DNA of 46,194 nt from a bacterium (GTDB taxonomy: Bacteria; Patescibacteriota; Minisyncoccia; UBA6257; 02-FULL-45-10c). The notes under the pieces were generated by a model. The model was not told where the DNA came from, ran no database searches, and saw nothing but the letters and a program-made list of their open reading frames with translations. Location: contig JAJYMK010000003.1 in assembly GCA_021786945.1 (NCBI GenBank), positions 103,105-149,298 on the forward strand, in the 5' to 3' direction. Shown here one piece after another: positions 8,459 through 17,299 of the stretch (position 1 is the stretch's first letter; the number at the start of each line of letters is the position of its first letter). The position numbers and the translations under genes are program-made.

Positions 8459-8770
8459 ATGGTTCAGACACTTCAGCCGGAGTGGAAGAGGGGCGACAGA
8501 AGGAAGCGGAACCGGAGACCGCATGTGCAGCTTAAGCCTATCGAGCGGGTGCTCTATGTCCGCTGGTATGCTTATCTGCTCAAGGCGCTGCATAATAACC
8601 TGAGAGGCGTAAAGGTGGGGGCTTATATATATAAGCCCAAAAATCCCGACTGCCTTCTTCCTCAGGATGCGGTGCGCGACGAGCTCAGGCACGTGTTCAT
8701 GGAGGACTGGAAGTGTTCGCTGGCCTTCAACGATATCGACAACCAGATCCACATGCTGGATCGCAGGTAG
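8459..8770 (+). CDS. Hypothetical 103-aa protein with a basic N-terminus, on a GC-rich SD-led cassette.
   Basis: AAGGAGG at 8447-8453 lies 5 nt before the ATG and a terminator follows directly. Of three overlapping ORFs in this GC-rich patch, only this one has an SD, a promoter and a terminator in register. Confidence 0.65.
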   Translation: MVQTLQPEWKRGDRRKRNRRPHVQLKPIERVLYVRWYAYLLKALHNNLRGVKVGAYIYKPKNPDCLLPQDAVRDELRHVFMEDWKCSLAFNDIDNQIHMLDRR

Positions 8771-8786
8771 ACTGGCCATAAAAAAC

Positions 8787-8819
8787 AAACCCGTGGAGTT
8801 ATTGCTCCGCGGGTTTTTT
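8787..8819. terminator. Bidirectional hairpin terminator.
   Basis: aaacccgtggag-ttattg-ctccgcgggttt with A/T runs on both sides. The stop codon of the minus-strand permease (8799-8801) lies in the loop. Confidence 0.8.
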
Positions 8820-11147
8820 ATTTATTATTTTGTCGCAAATTTTCTTCCAGATGGCTTTTGGAAAACTTTCATATCCCTTTACTATCATAAGCGGCACATC
8901 TAAATGTTTGGCTAAAAGCTCCGAAATATCTCCAAATCTTATTTCTTTCAAAAACTTTGTTTCCGTTGCGCCTATAATCAACAAATCCGCTTCTTCTTTT
9001 TTTAGATTTTCTATTATTCCCGAAACTATTGATTTTGATCTGGCAAATTCGATTTCGTTAAAATCTTTCTTTTTAAGCTTTAGGGATTTGAGCAGTGGCC
9101 CATAGTCTGGTTTGAAATAGCGGGGAATATCAATGTTAATAATTCCTAATAGTTTTGTTTTTGGCTGGAAATAGTTTGTTATGCCCTTAAATATTTCTCC
9201 GGCTTTTTCCGAGTAAGCTCCGGTTCCCGATGGATTGCCGGCTACGATCAATGATTTTATAGGTTTAGGATTTTTAATTACGAGTAAATCACACTTTGCT
9301 TCTCTGAGAATTTGGTCAATTTTATAATTAAAGATAGTTCCTTTGGTATGTGTATAGCCCTCCCAATTCAAAAGAAGGATATCGCAATCTTCCATTTTTA
9401 CTATATCCAAAATAGTTTCCACGGAGTCTCTGCCAGCCATCAGGAGATTGTGAAAATTAATATCCTTTTTAATGCCCGGCATTTTTTCATTGAATTCTTC
9501 GGCCCAATCTTTGATATTGTCCAGAATTTGTCTGTCATGGTCCATTTTTGCGCCCTCGAGCAGAGGAAGGGTTTGTGGTACTTCATGAATCTTGGCTATT
9601 ATAATTTCTCCGTCAAAATAACTAGCCAATGCAAAGGCAATTTCAACCAGGTTTTTAAGCTCCTCGATGCTTAAATTTGATTCAATAGGAAGTAAAATTC
9701 TCTTGCCTGATTTTGGCCCAACTCTTAAGGCTTCTTCGTAGACTATTTCATTTTCGAATTTTTCACGGCTTTGTGCCAGGGAATAGGAATAGTAATTTAC
9801 CAGTCCTATCAGTAGCCAAACAAATGTTACTATCCAAGCTGTAATATTAATTTTGAGCATCGTAAGGGCCAGGAGAATATAGATAAACGAAGCTAATATC
9901 GGAGTGAGCGGAAATAAGGGAATCTTGTAAACCCATTTTGTATTCGGCCACTTAAAGTGAATATTTATTCCCGCGAGATTTAACTGAAGAAAAAGAATTA
10001 TAAAAAGTAAGCTTGCCGCACTGGCTACATCGAAAAGGGGCAGCGAAATAATCATTATTTCTATAAGAGCTATTGAAACAGTCACGGCTACATAAGGAGT
10101 AAAATTTTTAATATGTATTTTAGATATATGGGAAATAATATTTTTGTCTCTGGCCAGAGCAAAAGAAACGTGGCTAGATGAATAAATTGTTGCATTAAGT
10201 GCAGCCAGGTTTGCCAATATACCGGCGACGAGCATTAGTATTTTTCCGAAGGGTAAAACAGTCTGTGCGGTTTTAACAATCGCTCCTTCTCCGAACGAAC
10301 TTAGAGTTTGCCAGATCGGCGTGCCGCCGCTAGGCGTGGCGCCCAAAACAACAAAGGTTATTAAAATATACAGCAGGGAAACTATAGCCCATGAGGTTAT
10401 TAATCCTATTTTTAAATCCCTTGCCGGATTTTTTGTTTCTTCCCCGGCTTGTACCTGTATCTCCGATCCTTCAAATGCAATATAAAAAAAGCTTGCCGCG
10501 GCTATTACACCCAACAAACCCGAAGGCAAAAATGGAGTGAAGTTTTTTAAAGGCTCTGGATTTATAGATATTTTCCAAAAGCCAAAAATAAGGAAAAGTA
10601 AAAGTATGGCCAACAAGGCTACAGTTGTTACGTTACTGGCTTTTGCGGTTACTTTTGCACCCTTCCAATTTACATAACCAAAGATTAACACTGTTATAAA
10701 TGCTATAAACTTTGCACTGGTAAGCCAGGGGAAGGTATCAGATTGGATATTCAAAATATGAAAAAGTTCTCGGGCGTAAAAGCCGAAGCTGAGCGCATAA
10801 ACTCCGCAAGCTGAAGCATGAGCAAACCAGCTTAGCCAGCCCGCCAGAAATCCCTGGAAATTACCAAGTCCTTTTTTTACCCATAAGTATCCTCCTCCGG
10901 CTTCCGGGAATGTCGTTCCTAAGGCTAAATACATTTGAAGGTTTAAAAATGCCACGGCGGAACCTAGAACCATTGATAACATAAGTCCGGGACCGGCTAT
11001 TCCTGCAGCCGGGCCCAATAAAGTAAAAATACCGCCTCCAATAAGGGAGCCTATACCCATAAAGACTATTGAGGCCGGGCCTAAAGTCTTTGCAAGGGTA
11101 ATGCTGGTTGGCGAAGCAAGATTTATAGACCCCGATTCTTTATTCAT
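8799..11147 (-). CDS. APC-family amino acid permease fused to two C-terminal universal-stress-protein (Usp) domains.
   Basis: About 12 TM helices with a typical APC N-terminus ('GIGSLIGGGIFTLLG'). The C-terminal roughly 300 aa form two alpha/beta Usp-like halves ('ILLPIESN...', 'DLLVIK', 'ADLLIIGA'). Confidence 0.85.
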   Translation of the reverse strand: MNKESGSINLASPTSITLAKTLGPASIVFMGIGSLIGGGIFTLLGPAAGIAGPGLMLSMVLGSAVAFLNLQMYLALGTTFPEAGGGYLWVKKGLGNFQGFLAGWLSWFAHASACGVYALSFGFYARELFHILNIQSDTFPWLTSAKFIAFITVLIFGYVNWKGAKVTAKASNVTTVALLAILLLFLIFGFWKISINPEPLKNFTPFLPSGLLGVIAAASFFYIAFEGSEIQVQAGEETKNPARDLKIGLITSWAIVSLLYILITFVVLGATPSGGTPIWQTLSSFGEGAIVKTAQTVLPFGKILMLVAGILANLAALNATIYSSSHVSFALARDKNIISHISKIHIKNFTPYVAVTVSIALIEIMIISLPLFDVASAASLLFIILFLQLNLAGINIHFKWPNTKWVYKIPLFPLTPILASFIYILLALTMLKINITAWIVTFVWLLIGLVNYYSYSLAQSREKFENEIVYEEALRVGPKSGKRILLPIESNLSIEELKNLVEIAFALASYFDGEIIIAKIHEVPQTLPLLEGAKMDHDRQILDNIKDWAEEFNEKMPGIKKDINFHNLLMAGRDSVETILDIVKMEDCDILLLNWEGYTHTKGTIFNYKIDQILREAKCDLLVIKNPKPIKSLIVAGNPSGTGAYSEKAGEIFKGITNYFQPKTKLLGIINIDIPRYFKPDYGPLLKSLKLKKKDFNEIEFARSKSIVSGIIENLKKEEADLLIIGATETKFLKEIRFGDISELLAKHLDVPLMIVKGYESFPKAIWKKICDKIINKKPAEQ

Positions 11148-11200
11148 AGAGATATGATATTATTTTATCATCCGGTGATTTTTTGTTAAACTCATTAAAT

Positions 11201-11274
11201 CGGACTGTAGTATAACGGTAGTATACACCCTTGGGGTGGGTGCGACCCGGGTTCAACTCCCGGCAGTCCGACCA
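11201..11274 (+). tRNA. tRNA-Pro (anticodon GGG) with an encoded CCA.
   Basis: Acceptor cggactg/cagtccg; anticodon stem caccc/gggtg with loop tt-GGG-gt; T arm ccggg-ttcaact-cccgg; 3' acca. Confidence 0.85.
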
Positions 11275-11300
11275 GATTTTAAAAATGTTATAATTTATAT

Positions 11301-12434
11301 ATGATATTTTTGGATTTAAAAACTATTTTCATTTCAAACATAGCGATTTCTTTTATTTGCACGTTAATTTTTGTATCTCTATGGTTAGATAATAAAAATA
11401 TTTTCAGAGGGCTTTCTCTTTGGGTCGCAGGAATGGCTGCTCAATTATTAGGATCATTACTTATTTTATTGCGTGGAATCATTCCTGATTTTTTATCCAT
11501 CGTAATTGCAAATCTATTTATCGTTGGCGGTATTTTGGTTTTTTATATTGGATTCCGAGCTTTTATGGAAAAACCAGGAAGGCAAATAGTAAATTATATT
11601 TTATTGGCTTTTTTTGGAGGTGTTATATATTATTTTTCAGCCATTACTCCTAGTTTATATATTCGCACCGTGGCTTTGGCTGGAATATTTTTATTTTTTT
11701 CTTTGCAATGGGTTTGGTTTTCTTTATACACCATTAAAGGAAGCCTCCGCAGGTTAACTGCGGGAATTGGATTTGTATTTATTGTTTATTGTTTAGCTAA
11801 TTTGGCGAGAATCATTGTGGCTATAACCGGTTCCGAAAATATTGGTAATGATTTTTTTGCTTCAAATCAATTTGATACATGGATCGTTTTTGTTTATTCA
11901 TTATTAATAATCTTAATTGCTTATAATTTAATTCTATCGGTAAATAGACGTTTGTCGGTTCAAGTTGCTTTTCAAGAAGAGAAATTCAGAACTGCTTTCC
12001 GCGAGGCCCCGTATGCCGTGTTGTTTACGCATTTTTCCAATGGCCAGATTGTTGATATCAATAAATCTTTTTCCGAGATGATGGGTTATTCAAGCTCTGA
12101 AGCTGTGGGTAAAACAACTTTAGAATTGGGTATTTGGTTAAATTTTGATGATAGGAAGATTTTTGTTGATCAATTGAGTGCCGGAGGCAGCATCTCGAAT
12201 TATAATTTTAAATACAAGACTAAGTCTGGAAAAATAATTATTGGCGCAACTTGGGCTGATGTTATTGAGGTTGGTAATGAGCAATATATTTTATCCACCA
12301 TTATTGATGTAACTGAAGATACAAACGATAAGGAGAGTTTAAAAAAGATGAATGAATTTTTGGTTGGCCGCGAAATTAAAATGACGGAATTAAAAAATAA
12401 AATTAAAGAATTGGAAGAAAAAAATAAATCTTAA
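11301..12434 (+). CDS. Multi-TM membrane protein with a C-terminal PAS domain and a coiled-coil tail; no recognisable output domain.
   Basis: About 7 TM helices, then 'FREAPYAVLFTHFSNGQIVDINKSFSEMMGYSSSEAVGKTTLELGIW' (PAS pattern). TGTTATAAT (11286-11294) is followed by 6 nt and then the ATG. Confidence 0.75.
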   Translation: MIFLDLKTIFISNIAISFICTLIFVSLWLDNKNIFRGLSLWVAGMAAQLLGSLLILLRGIIPDFLSIVIANLFIVGGILVFYIGFRAFMEKPGRQIVNYILLAFFGGVIYYFSAITPSLYIRTVALAGIFLFFSLQWVWFSLYTIKGSLRRLTAGIGFVFIVYCLANLARIIVAITGSENIGNDFFASNQFDTWIVFVYSLLIILIAYNLILSVNRRLSVQVAFQEEKFRTAFREAPYAVLFTHFSNGQIVDINKSFSEMMGYSSSEAVGKTTLELGIWLNFDDRKIFVDQLSAGGSISNYNFKYKTKSGKIIIGATWADVIEVGNEQYILSTIIDVTEDTNDKESLKKMNEFLVGREIKMTELKNKIKELEEKNKS

Positions 12435-12439
12435 AATCT

Positions 12440-13438
12440 ATGAAAGAAACTATATTAACCGGTGACAGGCCGACAGGTAGGTTGCACCTGGGGCATTATA
12501 TCGGCTCGCTTCAAAACAGGTTAAAAATGCAGGATGAATATAGGCAATTTATAATGATTGCCGATGCTCAGGCTTTAACCGATAATGCCGATAATCCGGA
12601 AAAAATACGCCAGGCGGTTTTTGATGTGGCTCTGGATTATTTGGCTGTTGGTATAGATCCCCAAAAAAGCACTATTTTAATACAATCTCAGATTCCCGAA
12701 TTGGCCGAACTCTTTGGTTATTTTATGAATTTGGTTTCTTTGGCCAGAGTTGAACAAAACCCGACCGTAAAGACCGAAATAAAACAAAAGAAATTTGGCC
12801 GGGGGGTGCCTGCCGGTTTTGTGATGTATCCAGTAAGTCAAGCTGCTGATATTTTGGGCTTTAAGGCTACGGTTGTCCCGGTGGGTGAAGATCAGCTGCC
12901 AATGATTGAGCAGACAAACGACATCGTAGACAGATTCAATGCTGTTTATGGAAATGTTTTTGATAGAGTTAAAGCTGTTGTGCCTAAAAATGCAAGGGTG
13001 CCGGGAATAGATGGTGGGGCGAAAATGGGCAAATCTTTAGGAAATGCTATTTATCTTTCAGATTCTCCAAAAGAAATTAGCGAAAAAGTAATGATGATGT
13101 ATACAGATCCGGAACATCTGAAAGTCGGTGATCCCGGACATGTAAAGGGTAATGTTGTTTTTACATATTTGGATATATTTGATTCGGATAAAGAAGAAGT
13201 TGAAAAACTCAAAAAACAATATAAAAAAGGAGGACTTGGAGACGTAGTGCTTAAAAAGAGACTTATTGGTATTTTAGAAAATATTATCGGTCCGATAAGA
13301 GCTAGAAGAGAAGAGTTGGCTAGGAATCCAAACAAGATAAAGGAGATATTGGAAAACGGTACTTTGGCCGCCAGGGAAAAAGTTCAGGAAACTTTGGAAG
13401 AGGTAAGGCGTGCTATGAAATTGAATTATTTTGAATAA
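12440..13438 (+). CDS. trpS: Tryptophan--tRNA ligase.
   Basis: The HIGH-type motif 'GRLHLGHYIG', the KMSKS-type motif 'KMGKSLGN', and overall TrpRS length and pattern. Confidence 0.93.
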   Translation: MKETILTGDRPTGRLHLGHYIGSLQNRLKMQDEYRQFIMIADAQALTDNADNPEKIRQAVFDVALDYLAVGIDPQKSTILIQSQIPELAELFGYFMNLVSLARVEQNPTVKTEIKQKKFGRGVPAGFVMYPVSQAADILGFKATVVPVGEDQLPMIEQTNDIVDRFNAVYGNVFDRVKAVVPKNARVPGIDGGAKMGKSLGNAIYLSDSPKEISEKVMMMYTDPEHLKVGDPGHVKGNVVFTYLDIFDSDKEEVEKLKKQYKKGGLGDVVLKKRLIGILENIIGPIRARREELARNPNKIKEILENGTLAAREKVQETLEEVRRAMKLNYFE

Positions 13439-13444
13439 ACAAAA

Positions 13445-13467
13445 ACTCCCCAAATAGGGGAGTTTTT
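13445..13467. terminator. Hairpin terminator between convergent genes.
   Basis: actcccc-aaata-ggggagt followed by tttt. Confidence 0.75.
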
Positions 13468-13473
13468 ATAAGT

Positions 13474-13779
13474 TTATTCTTTCATGAGCTTGGCCGCTTC
13501 TTTTGGAAAGTAATAGCTGGCACCGATAAATAATAAGGCTGATAATAATAGAAATATATGATGCATAGTATTGGCCGCACCGATTGATGTTATGCCGAAG
13601 TAATTAAAAAATTCAGTTATCCATCCAAGACCGAATAAAATAGAGGCCATAACTAAATAGCGGTAATAGACCTTGAAAAACGATCCCAGCAAAGTTTTTT
13701 GGCTTTTAATTGTTAAAAAGACAAAGAGGAAGCCCGCAATTATTCCTAAAATAGCTACCCACTGCTCAGAGATAAACAT
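13474..13779 (-). CDS. Small three-TM membrane protein, hypothetical.
   Basis: A 101-aa ORF made of three hydrophobic helices. Confidence 0.6.
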   Translation of the reverse strand: MFISEQWVAILGIIAGFLFVFLTIKSQKTLLGSFFKVYYRYLVMASILFGLGWITEFFNYFGITSIGAANTMHHIFLLLSALLFIGASYYFPKEAAKLMKE

Positions 13780-13875
13780 AAATGTTATTTTTTTTATTTA
13801 ACGACATATAAATTATACCAAAAAATATATAATAAAAAACGGCCCTTTTATTGAAGGCCGTTTTTATTTTCAGTT

Positions 13876-14070
13876 TTATTTAGAGGATTTCTTTTTTAGA
13901 GCTTTAAGGCACTTGGCGCAAACTTTATATCTGCCCGGTTTTCCAGGAATTCTGGCCCATTGTAAATTGGGCATCTTTCTGGAATCTGTGGTCGGATTAT
14001 AGTGTCCGCGGAGAAGTCTGCGGGTGCCGCCTACGTAATATCCTTTTTTGCAAATAGAACACGATTTCAT
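13876..14070 (-). CDS. rpmB: 50S ribosomal protein L28 (Cys4 zinc-ribbon form).
   Basis: Small basic protein 'MKSCSICKKGYYVGGTRRLLRGHYNPTTDSRKMPNLQWARIP...KVCAKCLK', matching the L28 pattern (C-x2-C...PNLQ...C-x2-C). Confidence 0.8.
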   Translation of the reverse strand: MKSCSICKKGYYVGGTRRLLRGHYNPTTDSRKMPNLQWARIPGKPGRYKVCAKCLKALKKKSSK

Positions 14071-14171
14071 AATTCATATATTATATATTTAATTGTATTA
14101 ATCGTCAATAATAGTTGTTGTAACTTAGTTATAACTTTTTAATTTTTAATTTTAAGTTTAGAATAAAGAGT

Positions 14172-15905
14172 ATGATAGACGCGGTTTCCACAATCAAAGA
14201 AAAAATAGATGTAGTTGATTTTTTGAGCCAATACATAAAGCTAACGCCTGCCGGAAAAAATTTTAGGGCGGTTTGTCCTTTCCATAAGGAAAAAACTCCG
14301 TCACTTATGGTTTCACCGGACAAGCAGATTTGGCATTGTTTTGGCTGTGGTAATGGCGGCGACGTAATTAAGTTTTTGATGCTTTATGAAAATTTAGAAT
14401 TTTTTGATGCTTTGAAGGTTTTGGCCGAAAAAGCGGGAATAAATTTGGATATTTTGGGCGGTCGGGATTTTAAAACTTACGACGTTATTTATAAAGTAAT
14501 GGAGTCTGCCAAGGAATTTTTTAGGCTCAATCTTTATAAATCCGATGAAGTAAAAGATTATCTGAAAAACCGAGGATTGAAGGGTGAGACCGTGAAAGAA
14601 TTTGAGCTTGGTGTGGCATTGGATGATTTTGATGCTTTATCCCGTTATTTATTGAAAAAAGGTTTTAGTATTAGCGATATAGAAAAAGCTGGTCTGGTTT
14701 TCAAAACCGAAAGGGGAACATATTGGGACCGTTTCCGTGGCAGGTTAATGTTTCCTTTATATAATCATGTCGGCAAAGTTGTTGGTTTTACCGGCAGGAT
14801 TCTTCCTGGGCGTGATGATAAAAATACTGGTAAATATGTAAATAGTCCTGAAACTCCGATTTTTCAAAAATCCAAAATTCTTTATGGTTTTCACAAAACA
14901 AAAGGCGATATTCGCGAAGCTAAGGCCGCTATTTTGGTTGAGGGTCAGATGGATTTTTTGATGATGTGGCAGGATGGCGTGAAAAATGTTGTGGCTACCT
15001 CGGGTACGGCTCTGACACCGGATCATCTTAAGACTTTAAGAAAGCTAGCCGAAGATCTGATTTTAAGTTTTGATGCCGATGCCGCCGGTCAAGCCGCTGC
15101 CGAAAGAAGCATAGATCTTGCTTCCGGTTTAGATTTTTCGGTAAAACTTCTTATTATCGATGATCCGAAATTTAAGGATCCGGCGGATGTGGTAAAAGAA
15201 AAGCCGGGACATATTTCCGAACTTTTAATTTCCGCGAAGCCGGCTATGGAATATTATTTTTATAAATATCTTTCCGATAAAGAAGGGGCGATTGATTTTA
15301 AAAAAAATAAGCACAACTTGAGAGTGGTGCTTTCTAAAATAAAAAACCTTTCCAGTTCTATAGAAAAAAATCACTGGATAAAACAATTGTCCGGAATCTC
15401 TAAGGTCAACGAAGAGGTTCTTATAGAAGAAATGGAATCGCTTAAGGAGTCCGCTCCAATAAATAAACCCGAAGATGAGGTATTGGCTTCGCCCGAGCAG
15501 GAATTTTCGAGAGTCGATCTTATTTGCCAGCGTTTAATTGGGTTAGCTTTGAATGACCCGTCTGTTAAAGCTAAAATGCCGGAATATATTGAATATTTCC
15601 CGGAATTTTATAAAAAACTTTATAAGGGCGGTAAGTTGGATGGCTCTATGGAGAAAATTTCTGAGCTTATTAGCCTTAGATTTAGCTTTGAAAGTGGCAA
15701 TATGAAGGAAGATGGCCTGGAAAAGGAGTTTGATCAGCTTATAAGAGAGCTAAAACTGGGTTATTTTAAGGAAAAACAGCAGAAAATAAGGCTTGAAATC
15801 GAGGTTTTAGAGCAATCCGGGGATGAAGACGGCCTGGCCGCCAAGATGAAGGAGTTTGACACTGTTTCTAAAGAAATGCATAATATAAGGGCAGGGTTGA
15901 AATAA
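14172..15905 (+). CDS. dnaG: DNA primase.
   Basis: The CHC2 zinc finger 'CPFHKEKTPSLMVSPDKQIWHCFGCGNGGDVIKF' and TOPRIM motifs 'ILVEGQMDFL...SFDADAAGQAA'. Confidence 0.93.
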   Translation: MIDAVSTIKEKIDVVDFLSQYIKLTPAGKNFRAVCPFHKEKTPSLMVSPDKQIWHCFGCGNGGDVIKFLMLYENLEFFDALKVLAEKAGINLDILGGRDFKTYDVIYKVMESAKEFFRLNLYKSDEVKDYLKNRGLKGETVKEFELGVALDDFDALSRYLLKKGFSISDIEKAGLVFKTERGTYWDRFRGRLMFPLYNHVGKVVGFTGRILPGRDDKNTGKYVNSPETPIFQKSKILYGFHKTKGDIREAKAAILVEGQMDFLMMWQDGVKNVVATSGTALTPDHLKTLRKLAEDLILSFDADAAGQAAAERSIDLASGLDFSVKLLIIDDPKFKDPADVVKEKPGHISELLISAKPAMEYYFYKYLSDKEGAIDFKKNKHNLRVVLSKIKNLSSSIEKNHWIKQLSGISKVNEEVLIEEMESLKESAPINKPEDEVLASPEQEFSRVDLICQRLIGLALNDPSVKAKMPEYIEYFPEFYKKLYKGGKLDGSMEKISELISLRFSFESGNMKEDGLEKEFDQLIRELKLGYFKEKQQKIRLEIEVLEQSGDEDGLAAKMKEFDTVSKEMHNIRAGLK

Positions 15906-16014
15906 GCTGTTTATGAGGGACTAGGTTCCTGCAAATTAACTTAGTAATTTTGCTTTATAAAAATAAAATTTAATATAAAAAGTCGTCAAAAGGCGGTTTT
16001 TAATATTCTTTATT

Positions 16015-17289
16015 ATGAAAAAGGCTAAAAAGACAAAAAAAATCAAAAAAGCCATAAAGAGGGCTGTAAAAAAATCCGGAAATAAAAAAGTTGCCAAAAA
16101 AGCGGTCAAAAAAGCCGGAAAGATTTTGCGTTCCAAAATAAAAAAGAAATCCGCCAAAAAGACGGCCAAGAAGGCTGTTGCTAATAAAAAGCTTTCCAAA
16201 AAAGAAGCTAAGACCGAATCCTTAAATACCCAGCTTGCCGATCTTATCAGCCGTGGGCAGGGCAGAGGTTTTGTTACCGATACTGAGGTTTTGCATTATT
16301 TTCCCAACATTGAGGACGACGTTAATTTTTTGGAAAAAGTTTATGGTGATTTGGAGAAAGCCAATATTAAAGTTGTTGAAACCAGCCAATTAATTGAATT
16401 GCCGAAAGAAGATACTATTTCCGAAAAAGAATTACATCAGGCCACAGTTATTGAAGGTGAGATGCCAGACTCTGTTCAAATTTACCTTAAAGAAATAGGC
16501 AGAACTCCGCTTTTGACTTCTGACCAAGAAAAAGAATTGGCAAAAAGAATAGAGAGAGGCGATAAAGAAGCCAAGAACCAGTTTATCCAGGCCAACTTAA
16601 GGCTTGTTGTTTCCATTGCTAAGCGTTATGTAAACAGGACTCCAAATTTAAGTATCTTAGATTTGATTCAGGAGGGAAATATTGGCTTAGCCCGCGCCGT
16701 CGATAAATTTGATTACAGGAGAGGTTTTAAGTTTTCTACTTATGCTACATGGTGGATCAGACAGGCTATTACAAGAGCTTTGGCTGATCAGTCTAGGACT
16801 ATCAGGATTCCAGTGCATATGGTAGAGACAATTTCTAAATATTCTCAGGCCAAGAGAAGGCTTACTCAGGAATTGGGCCGAGATCCTTTACCGGAAGAAA
16901 TCGCTATTGAAATGAATTTGCCTATTGAGAAAGTGCATCACATCCAGAAGATTTCTCAGGACGTTGTGTCTTTGGAATCTCCGGTAGGTGATGACGACGA
17001 AGATTCTACCCTCTCGGAATTTATTCCGGATGAGAAAAATTTAAATCCGTCTCAAATTGCTTCACAGACATTGCTTAAGGAACAAATCCAGGAAATTTTG
17101 GTTGATTTAACTCCTCGTGAACAAAAAATTTTACAGATGCGTTTTGGCTTAGAAGATGGAGTTACTCATACGCTCGAAGAAGTCGGAAAAGAATTTGGTG
17201 TTACCCGCGAAAGAATCAGGCAAATTGAAGCCAAGGCTTTGGCCAGGATTAAGGGTCATGAAAAGTCCCGAATGATTGAGGGCTATTAA
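16015..17289 (+). CDS. rpoD: Primary RNA polymerase sigma factor (sigma-70 family) with a lysine/alanine-rich N-terminal tail.
   Basis: Region 2 '[40 protein letters not shown]', '[11 protein letters not shown]', and region 4 '[24 protein letters not shown]'. The first roughly 65 aa are an AKK-type basic repeat. Confidence 0.93.
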   Translation: MKKAKKTKKIKKAIKRAVKKSGNKKVAKKAVKKAGKILRSKIKKKSAKKTAKKAVANKKLSKKEAKTESLNTQLADLISRGQGRGFVTDTEVLHYFPNIEDDVNFLEKVYGDLEKANIKVVETSQLIELPKEDTISEKELHQATVIEGEMPDSVQIYLKEIGRTPLLTSDQEKELAKRIERGDKEAKNQFIQANLRLVVSIAKRYVNRTPNLSILDLIQEGNIGLARAVDKFDYRRGFKFSTYATWWIRQAITRALADQSRTIRIPVHMVETISKYSQAKRRLTQELGRDPLPEEIAIEMNLPIEKVHHIQKISQDVVSLESPVGDDDEDSTLSEFIPDEKNLNPSQIASQTLLKEQIQEILVDLTPREQKILQMRFGLEDGVTHTLEEVGKEFGVTRERIRQIEAKALARIKGHEKSRMIEGY

Positions 17290-17299
17290 TTTTAAAAAT

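Noticed and set aside
8397-8903. Alternative frames in the 8.4-8.9 kb GC-rich patch (8397-8603+, 8417-8788-, 8667-8903+).
   Set aside because: None has a start-site context. The 8417-8788 minus frame would run through the promoter and SD of the plus-strand ORF, and 8667-8903 crosses the terminator hairpin. This is uncertain without conservation data.
15936-16199. An 87-aa minus-strand ORF opposite the rpoD 5' end.
   Set aside because: It is the antisense of the AAA/AAG-rich lysine tail, which gives an F/L-rich artefact, and it has no start-site context.
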